22,735 nucleotides of DNA from Candidatus Eiseniibacteriota bacterium (GTDB taxonomy: Bacteria; Arandabacterota; Arandabacteria; Arandabacterales; Arandabacteraceae). Location: NCBI GenBank assembly GCA_043810925.1, contig JBDRNT010000165.1, forward strand, positions 1 to 22,735, read 5' to 3'. Positions within the stretch are counted from its first letter, which is position 1; each line of letters begins with the position of its first letter. Position numbers and translations under genes: made by a program. This document shows positions 17,301 to 22,735 of this stretch, piece after piece. A model generated the notes under the pieces. The model saw only the letters and a program-made list of their open reading frames with translations. It made no database searches and was not told the origin of the DNA.

Positions 17301-18157
17301 ATGCCCCAACGACAGGTGTTGCAATGAGCATCCTCGGAGAAGCATATCTCCTTAAGGATGACTACACCCGGGCGCTGGCCAATCTAGATCAGGCGCTTGA
17401 GACAGCCGGCATTATCAATCAGGAGGATCTCGCCGTGGACGCGGCCCTCGGCAAGGGGCTGCTCTTTCATGAGATCGGATACCAACCGGGCTGTGATTCC
17501 ATCCTGGCGATTCTCGATCGATATGACGAAAGCACTATGCCATTCCAGGCCAGGTGCCGGCTCACGCTCAGCAGGGCATGCCGGACATGCGCCCGAGGGC
17601 AGGTGGCCGAGACCGAGGAGCTCGTCGGTCGACTGGTGGAAGTGACAGGCACTGACTATGTGAGATGCAGGGTACAGGGGTCACTGGTTGTAGCACGGGC
17701 CACGGCTGACACGGGGACTCCCGGTGAGGCCGAGCAGACCTTAAACGGCGTGATCGCCGAGGCCCGGCGGTACTCACTGCGTGATATCGAGTGTGAAGCC
17801 CTCTGGCTCCTGGCCGGGGTTCTTACCAGACAGGGGAGAGTCGACGATGCGATGGAGTCATGCGATAAGGCCCTTGAAATAGCGGCCGCGCTGGGACTTG
17901 CCGAGTACGAATCACTTGTTGCATGTGGGGACGTTCGTATGAAAGCCGGTGACGCCGCGGGTGCAGCGGGCTTCTTCACACGGGCTCTGGACGAGGCCGC
18001 GACGGTATACGAAGACAAGTGTCCTCCAAGGTTGCGGAGTTACTATGTAGAGCAAAAACGCATACCCCACTATCTGAGTCTTTTGGACAACCTTCCTTCT
18101 GAGACTGAAGGCACCCCCCCACCACGTAATTATGGCCGCATATTTGGGTTGAATTGA
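14390..18157 (+). CDS. Membrane Hanks-type Ser/Thr protein kinase: N-terminal zinc ribbon, kinase, TM helix, TolB-N/FlgO-like domain, long TPR array
   Basis: CPECG...CPECG; GKGGMG.VY, VALK, HRDLKPQN, DFG, GTPEYMSPE, DLYSFG. TM LAIIAVAVVAAAVVAFFAIL; LAVLPFEN.TGD..LDWL..GI. Many MalT/kinesin-light-chain-type TPRs (A.SLGNLG.LY...G...EAL...ERSLEI..EIGD). TTG start after GAGGTGG. Confidence 0.95.
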   Translation: MADKHSHKGPAGSECPECGKKIPHDSNICPECGLTLPMTDATLISGRPPAGDSASTLAGDSSSTLAGDSGSTLPGDSPGGAGERAMTAGAVLGGRYEILDVIGKGGMGWVYKAKDREIDRVVALKVIRQELAGDETIIKRFKDEIILARKVTHKNVLRIYDIAEAEGVKFMSMPFIEGKDLKTIITEQGPLDIDETVRIASQVLEALKSAHDAGVIHRDLKPQNIMIDQEGTVCVADFGIAKSADAGGMTVTGQIIGTPEYMSPEQAEGKEVDYRTDLYSFGLVLYEMLTGDVPFKADSIISTLMLRLREPPRPPSTVRAEVPQWLDRMTMKSIERNVEDRYATADEILADIETQTVKIRRKVRPRTLAIIAVAVVAAAVVAFFAILKPRVVLEEKRTYLAVLPFENMTGDENLDWLALGIPDNLTADLGQSKFFRVMSFERLRHAAADIGADFTELGTPEAMGMLAKATDLDAVATGSYFKAGDDIRITMKVQNPNDQELIGSKIVQDTEDGILNLIDQLTRETKLIFNLSQEEIDEDLDRAVGLQRTRSVTAASYFTKGQELTYAGSPLEAAQAFEAAIAADENFAMAYAKASEAYKTLGYDEKAESLSLIAVDKVVKLIDRVPAVDRTFILANHGAVTYNAEYAIESYKDFIETYPDDPEGYYKLGMTYDTISEWDLAIENLREALKLDPKFGSARFELGKVLIRKNDLEAALVELGRAAEFYAAIGNREGEAAVLNAMGVVHKRRNEFEEAISYYQSSIDLKEELGDRRGVAASLGNLGLLYKLMGKRDEALDVLERSLEIRKEIGDKVGTSTALNKIGQIYQNYGRYDEALSYFERSYETREEIGAKDLVASSLSDRGYVYSIMGNYDKAFEMDSMALAIRTEIGDVRGESESLRNIAETLMARGRFEDAAARLRRALSLDNSLSDTRLLANDDLALGAHCLARGKADSAIAYLSSAIEVLVSLDNAPTTGVAMSILGEAYLLKDDYTRALANLDQALETAGIINQEDLAVDAALGKGLLFHEIGYQPGCDSILAILDRYDESTMPFQARCRLTLSRACRTCARGQVAETEELVGRLVEVTGTDYVRCRVQGSLVVARATADTGTPGEAEQTLNGVIAEARRYSLRDIECEALWLLAGVLTRQGRVDDAMESCDKALEIAAALGLAEYESLVACGDVRMKAGDAAGAAGFFTRALDEAATVYEDKCPPRLRSYYVEQKRIPHYLSLLDNLPSETEGTPPPRNYGRIFGLN
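14537..14620 (+). repeat. In-frame 24-bp (8-aa) degenerate tandem repeat in the kinase N-terminal linker
   Basis: AGDSASTL-AGDSSSTL-AGDSGSTL-PGDS; codons differ synonymously between units. Confidence 0.85.
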
Positions 18158-18177
18158 CCGCTCCCGTGTGCTACACT
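18149..18177 (+). promoter_or_regulatory. Sigma70-type promoter with extended -10, overlapping the kinase stop codon
   Basis: TTGAAT (18149-18154), 17-bp spacer ending TGTGC, then TACACT (18172-18177). Confidence 0.55.
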
Positions 18178-18235
18178 TGAAATACAATCATAGCACTTAC
18201 CTTTTATTCTACACGCAGACTGCGCAAGGGGGCTT

Positions 18236-20614
18236 ATGATGAGACTGTCATTTGCTGTTGGAATTGTTTTGCTATTGGTGCTTGTGGTATCCGCTTATGC
18301 CGACTTCAGCCAGACCGGTGCGATACCATCACCGTGGCCGCCCGCAATCGGTGGTGCCAGAGTCAGTGGACTTTCAAGTGCGGGGGACGACCTCTTTGCT
18401 GTGGTCGCAACTCAATGGAAATCCTATCTCTATCACCTTGCACCCGACAGTGGAGATATGCTGCGGCAGGCGAAGTTCAACCACTGGCTACCCGGCTGTC
18501 CTGGCCAGCGTCCGCAGTTTACTTCGGGCACACCCTTGGATCTTGATCAGGATCTTTACCTGGTGGGAGATGCCTGCGGCGAGTTGCTCGAAATAGTCTT
18601 CGGTGTCGAGTGCAGCTACATCTCCGCCTACTATCACCTCGATGGTGTCGAGCTGCCGAGCGGTCTCGTCTTTGACGGTGATACGCTTTACGTGCTAGAC
18701 TGGGATGATAACACCCTTGTCAAGGTTGTCGGCACGGCCGTGATTGATGAGTACAGTCTCCCGGGTATCGATGGGCCGACGGGACTGGCTCTCTACCGCG
18801 GAAATCTCTTCGTGGTCAGCTCCGGCAATGACAGCACGGTTTTCGAGATCACGAAACAAGGGGCACTTGTGGAAGCCCATTCCGTTCAGGGCCTCGCCGG
18901 TGTGCATCCTTACAGTCTGACCTTTCACAACGACCTGCTTTACATAGGTTCTGAATACGACAGCATACTCATCTTCGAGGAAGAAGGGATCTGGGTTCCG
19001 GGAGGAGATGACGTTCCTGTGGAAGTTGTACCGGGTGAGCTGACCGTAAACTTTGACGGTGTGGCCCAACCGGGCTGGTTGTATGTGGACGTCTACTACA
19101 CCCAGACTTGCCCGGCGCCCGCTCAGGTCCAGCTCTTTCCTCCGTTCTACGATCTCACGACCACGGTGCAGTTCACCTATGTGGCCAGCACGGAACTCAC
19201 CTTCACAGATTCATTCCTGCCCCCGGAATTCGATGTTAGTACTTTGAGGATATTCAGGAGACCTTCGGGTCCATGCCTGGAATACGTGGATGTGACGGTG
19301 GAGGAAGTGGAGATCCTGGAGACTTTCAGAAGCCTGATGCGGACCCAGTCCGAAGACGATGAATTCTCTGTCTTTGCACTGGGAATCGACCTGAGACGAC
19401 CGCGAGCGGTCGTGGAGCTTAAGTTTACCGATGTGCGAAATGTCATAGTCTCCAATGTCGGTGTGATCCCGCCGGCTGTATTCGACGAGATAACGGCCAA
19501 ACTGGATGATGCTGAAACCGCATACTACAGGGGCTCCACCCTTGAGGCTGAGGCCCTTGTCCAGGAAATCGCAGACATCGTTCGGGATACTCCTGCCATC
19601 CCGCATACCTATGACGGCATGCCGGGAAGCAACGTCGCGGGCGGCATCATAGCGAGATCCCACACGCTTGCCTTCAGCCTGAGGTTCTCCGACGGGGAAC
19701 GTGTCGAGACCCTGGCTGAGATAAAGCCCTACAAGATAATTCTCGGTTTGGAAAGCCCCTGGTTAGCGGCTTACATAGAAGTGCCGGAGGGCTTCGATGC
19801 ATCCCAGGTTGACGCCTCCAACATTTATCTCGATGGCGAGGCTCGGGCGGTACCGGATTCCGTATTGGCCGTCGATTATGACTCCGATGGTGAGCTTGAG
19901 GTTAGAGCTCTTTTCGTCCGGCAGCAGGTTGAGAATCTCTTTGATGAATCCGGCCCGGTGACGGTGAGCCTCACAGGCTTCGTAGACGGGTTCGAGCTCG
20001 GTGCCGACCCGGAAGTCACCGTCTTTGCGCCGCTTGTGGAGATCATGGGAGAGGAGCCGCTTGAAGGTGGACGCGCTTACAGTGTTCGTTGGTCCGTGCT
20101 CTTCGAGGAACCGACCATCACCTACGCGGTTGATTATGCACTTGACGGCGGCCTGACCTGGGTGGAGATCGTCGAGGGCCTCACGAGTCCGTGCTATCTC
20201 TGGCAGGTACCGGATGTGGAGACCGACGCGGGAATGCTCAGGGTACACGTGCTGGACGCTGGAGTTGAATTCATGGCATTCCGGAGCGGCACGCTCACAA
20301 TTACATCCCTTGCCGGCCTCATAGACGGTGTGGGTGGGCACACAGACAGGCTGGCAATCAGCCCCAATCCGTCGAGTTCATCGTTCAGGATACATCTGGC
20401 ACCCGCAGGCGACCTGCCCATCTCCGTAAAGATATACTCGGTCACGGGGGAGCTGGTGAGAACGCTTGTCGAGAATGAGGTGGCCGATGGCAGTTACAGC
20501 CTTACCTGGGATGGCGCCAATGCCAACGGCATCCGGGTGGCGGCCGGGACGTATTTCATGGTGCTTACAGAAGGCGAGCATAAGACAGCAAGGAAACTGA
20601 TCCTGCAGAGGTAA
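18236..20614 (+). CDS. Secreted multidomain protein: beta-propeller, ZU5-like beta domain, helical domain, extra Ig-like domains, C-terminal FlgD-Ig/T9SS-A-like domain
   Basis: Signal peptide ending AYA. Propeller-like repeats PSGLVFDGDTLYVLD, PTGLALYRGNLFVV and PYSLTFHNDLLYIG. C-terminus ISPNPS...KIYSVTGELVRTL...WDG.NANG..VAAGTYF. Confidence 0.82.
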   Translation: MMRLSFAVGIVLLLVLVVSAYADFSQTGAIPSPWPPAIGGARVSGLSSAGDDLFAVVATQWKSYLYHLAPDSGDMLRQAKFNHWLPGCPGQRPQFTSGTPLDLDQDLYLVGDACGELLEIVFGVECSYISAYYHLDGVELPSGLVFDGDTLYVLDWDDNTLVKVVGTAVIDEYSLPGIDGPTGLALYRGNLFVVSSGNDSTVFEITKQGALVEAHSVQGLAGVHPYSLTFHNDLLYIGSEYDSILIFEEEGIWVPGGDDVPVEVVPGELTVNFDGVAQPGWLYVDVYYTQTCPAPAQVQLFPPFYDLTTTVQFTYVASTELTFTDSFLPPEFDVSTLRIFRRPSGPCLEYVDVTVEEVEILETFRSLMRTQSEDDEFSVFALGIDLRRPRAVVELKFTDVRNVIVSNVGVIPPAVFDEITAKLDDAETAYYRGSTLEAEALVQEIADIVRDTPAIPHTYDGMPGSNVAGGIIARSHTLAFSLRFSDGERVETLAEIKPYKIILGLESPWLAAYIEVPEGFDASQVDASNIYLDGEARAVPDSVLAVDYDSDGELEVRALFVRQQVENLFDESGPVTVSLTGFVDGFELGADPEVTVFAPLVEIMGEEPLEGGRAYSVRWSVLFEEPTITYAVDYALDGGLTWVEIVEGLTSPCYLWQVPDVETDAGMLRVHVLDAGVEFMAFRSGTLTITSLAGLIDGVGGHTDRLAISPNPSSSSFRIHLAPAGDLPISVKIYSVTGELVRTLVENEVADGSYSLTWDGANANGIRVAAGTYFMVLTEGEHKTARKLILQR

Positions 20615-20623
20615 CGATGTGAA

Positions 20624-20657
20624 TAGCGGCGTCGCGTCTCGTGGCGCGACGCCGCTA
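20624..20657 (+). terminator. Strong intergenic hairpin (terminator or mRNA-stabilising stem)
   Basis: 13-bp perfect stem TAGCGGCGTCGCG/CGCGACGCCGCTA, 9 nt after the stop at 20614. No clear U-tract. Confidence 0.6.
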
Positions 20658-20673
20658 CAACCCCCGAATTCTC

Positions 20674-20702
20674 TTGAAATTACGCACCCTCTATGGTAAA
20701 CT
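20674..20702 (+). promoter_or_regulatory. Sigma70-type promoter with extended -10
   Basis: TTGAAA (20674-20679), 17-bp spacer ending TGG, then TAAACT (20697-20702). Confidence 0.6.
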
Positions 20703-20764
20703 CGGCATGTTGTACAATTGTAACTGTGTGAGTTACTTTTCACCTTCTTAAAGGGGGACGTGCC

Positions 20765-22600
20765 GTGCGACTGTCTATTGCTGTAATCTTTGTCTTAGTT
20801 CTTGCAGTATTGACTTCCGCCTATGCCGAGGATCTATTCCTCGTGGGAAGCCTTCCTACTCCCAACCATACTGGACGGCTTACAGGGCTCGAGATGGCGG
20901 AGGGCAAGATCTTCGCCGTGGCCGATCTTCCGGGTGAGTTCTCCTGCCTGGCCATGATCAATCGTTGGACCGGTGCCTGGACCGACACATGTTTCTCAGA
21001 CTGGATCGGCGCCTGCGGTGATGACTCGCTGAATTTCAAGGCGAACGCTTACATCCCGTCCGAGTATGAAGGCCTTGGAGATCATGTGGTCGCGGATGAG
21101 TGCGGTGCGATAGTGCGATACCTATGGGATCCGTACTACGGCGTTGACACGCTGCAGTCCTTTGTACCGTCAACGCTGATTGAGGACCACGCAACGGGGC
21201 TTTACTACAGGGGCGACTACTACTATGCTCTTGAGCCCGATGCGCGTGAGGTCCATCAGATCAATCGTTACACGCTCGTGACCGACAGCATAATATCGCT
21301 ACCACCTCGTATTCAAGATGGATCCGGGATTACGAGGTATGGAGACAACTTCTTCATTGTATCGTCGACGACGGACAGCCTCTATGAGGTAAACATGGAT
21401 GGTGACGTGGTAGCGGCATACCACCTACCGGGCACCCTGGCATATCCTACCGGGGTCACCGTGATAGGGGATTCGGTTTACGTGTGTTCACAGGACACCA
21501 TCATCAAGATTTACGTGTTTTCGGAGGAGTACAGTGAAGACGTGCCCACCGGTACTGATGTAGAGGTGGAGGTGGTACCCGGCGAGGCGGTCGTCGTCTT
21601 TGATGAAGTGACCGGGTCGGGCACACTCGATGTTCAAGTCAGCCCAGCTCAGCCGTGCCCTCCGCCGGGGGGAGTCCGGTTCCTCTCGGACTTCTATGAC
21701 ATGAGCACGAATGCGACTTTTGAATACATAGCCTCGGTCGCGCTGACGACCGTGGAGCAACTGCCCGAGGGCGTCAAGGCGAGAGATGTACGCGTGTTTA
21801 AACGCCCGTCGGGTCTGCCCTGTGAGCCCTGGAGAGACGTCTCGGTCGCCCCAGCTGTGACCTTTGAGGAGCCTAAGGATGCTTCCCTGAGAGCGCTTAC
21901 ACGGATGCAGTCGGAAGACGATGAGTTTTCCGTGTTTGCGCTTGCTGAGGATAAGAGGAATCGGAGACACGTCATCGGTCTCAAGTTCACTTATCTTGAC
22001 AGCGCCGTCATAGGAAATCAGAGTTCCATCCCCGTTGAAGCCTATAACCAGATGACGATACGCATCACAGCTGCCAAGTATGCCACCGCCGCGTTCATGT
22101 TTGCCAGGGCGGCAAGGCTCATTGACCGGGTTGCAGTCATTGCCAGGGAGACCCCCGGGATACCGCATGCGTATGACCCTGATGGGATACTGGAGAACAT
22201 AGCCGGCCAGATAATCGGCCGCGCGCATACGCTCTCCTTCAGTCTGAGGGAGCTGCTCAAGGATGAGCAGGTAGGACCGGCGCCGTTCCAGGGGAAGGTT
22301 ACACCGGACGCGCCTGCCGAAGAGTTTGCTCCGGGACTCGGGTCGATCTCCAACCCGTCGATCTCAGGGTGCACAATAAGGCTAACGGGTCAGAGCAGCA
22401 AACCGGTGAATCTGAACGTCTACTCCGTAACGGGTGAGCTGGTAAGGACACTGCTTGAAGGGGAAATGCTGACCGGTAAGCGCAGCATCACATGGGACGG
22501 ACGAAACGGTCATGGCAAACCTGTCGCGGCCGGCACCTACTTCGTTGTGTTGAAGCATGGAGAGCAGCTCACGACGCAGAAGGTGATTCTGAATCGATAG
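20765..22600 (+). CDS. Secreted multidomain protein, paralog of 18236..20614 without the extra Ig-like domains
   Basis: GTG start after AAGGGGG; signal peptide ending AYA; propeller repeats. Shares VP.G.DV.VEVVPGE..V.FD.V, RPSG.PC, QSEDDEFSVFAL, P.IPH.YD, HTL.FSLR and YSVTGELVRTL...VAAGTYF with the upstream gene. Confidence 0.82.
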   Translation: MRLSIAVIFVLVLAVLTSAYAEDLFLVGSLPTPNHTGRLTGLEMAEGKIFAVADLPGEFSCLAMINRWTGAWTDTCFSDWIGACGDDSLNFKANAYIPSEYEGLGDHVVADECGAIVRYLWDPYYGVDTLQSFVPSTLIEDHATGLYYRGDYYYALEPDAREVHQINRYTLVTDSIISLPPRIQDGSGITRYGDNFFIVSSTTDSLYEVNMDGDVVAAYHLPGTLAYPTGVTVIGDSVYVCSQDTIIKIYVFSEEYSEDVPTGTDVEVEVVPGEAVVVFDEVTGSGTLDVQVSPAQPCPPPGGVRFLSDFYDMSTNATFEYIASVALTTVEQLPEGVKARDVRVFKRPSGLPCEPWRDVSVAPAVTFEEPKDASLRALTRMQSEDDEFSVFALAEDKRNRRHVIGLKFTYLDSAVIGNQSSIPVEAYNQMTIRITAAKYATAAFMFARAARLIDRVAVIARETPGIPHAYDPDGILENIAGQIIGRAHTLSFSLRELLKDEQVGPAPFQGKVTPDAPAEEFAPGLGSISNPSISGCTIRLTGQSSKPVNLNVYSVTGELVRTLLEGEMLTGKRSITWDGRNGHGKPVAAGTYFVVLKHGEQLTTQKVILNR

Positions 22601-22611
22601 TATCATATGAC

Positions 22612-22666
22612 CCCATGAGGCTTCTGATCCCCCTGGTGGGGATCGGGGGCCTTCTGGGATTTTATT
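22612..22666 (+). terminator. Rho-independent terminator
   Basis: GAGGCTTCTGATCCCC-ctggt-GGGGATCGGGGGCCTT stem with G-U pairs, flanked by CCCA/TGGG and followed by ATTTTATT, just after the stop at 22600. Confidence 0.7.
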
Positions 22667-22680
22667 CATACGCACTCCTT

Positions 22681-22697
22681 TTGGCAACGCAATTGCT
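22681..22697 (+). promoter_or_regulatory. Candidate sigma54 (-24/-12) promoter for a gene beyond the window
   Basis: TTGGCAACGCAATTGCT: GG (22683-84) and GC (22695-96) are exactly 10 nt apart, with TGGCA and TTGCT consensus flanks. Lies directly after a terminator. Confidence 0.5.
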
Positions 22698-22735
22698 CCT
22701 TTGGCATGAGGTCGAGGTACTGCTGGACGACCTTC

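Noticed and set aside
11348-18157. Sec readthrough at other TGA stops (cytochrome 11348, GlmU-like 14354, kinase 18157)
   Set aside because: I saw no SECIS-like hairpin at the right distance, and the proteins look complete at those stops.
19763-22228. Minus-strand ORFs 19763..20341 and 21488..22228
   Set aside because: Antisense shadows of the two secreted paralogs.

Overview
A GC-rich bacterial window dominated by secreted, envelope and signalling genes. The repeated C-terminal FlgD-Ig/T9SS-A-like domains suggest an FCB-group lineage (inference). In order it contains: the 3' part and right end of an IS1380-family element; a secreted M1 aminopeptidase; a minus-strand block (FecR/DUF928-like TPR protein, CHASE2-PP2C phosphatase, two paralogous Ig plus beta-helix DUF1565-like lipoproteins); a short REP-like direct-repeat cluster; a two-PDZ protein with no protease domain; a tetraheme c554-like cytochrome; a secreted hypothetical protein; a small FmdB-family zinc ribbon; a GlmU-related protein; a membrane Ser/Thr kinase with a TPR array; and two paralogous secreted propeller proteins. 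The most notable hidden signal is the FmdB gene, whose apparent TGA stop is followed by GGG TAG and a hairpin with bacterial SECIS geometry. This suggests a C-terminal selenocysteine (...C-x7-U-G). All domain calls come from motif recognition by eye, not from database searches.
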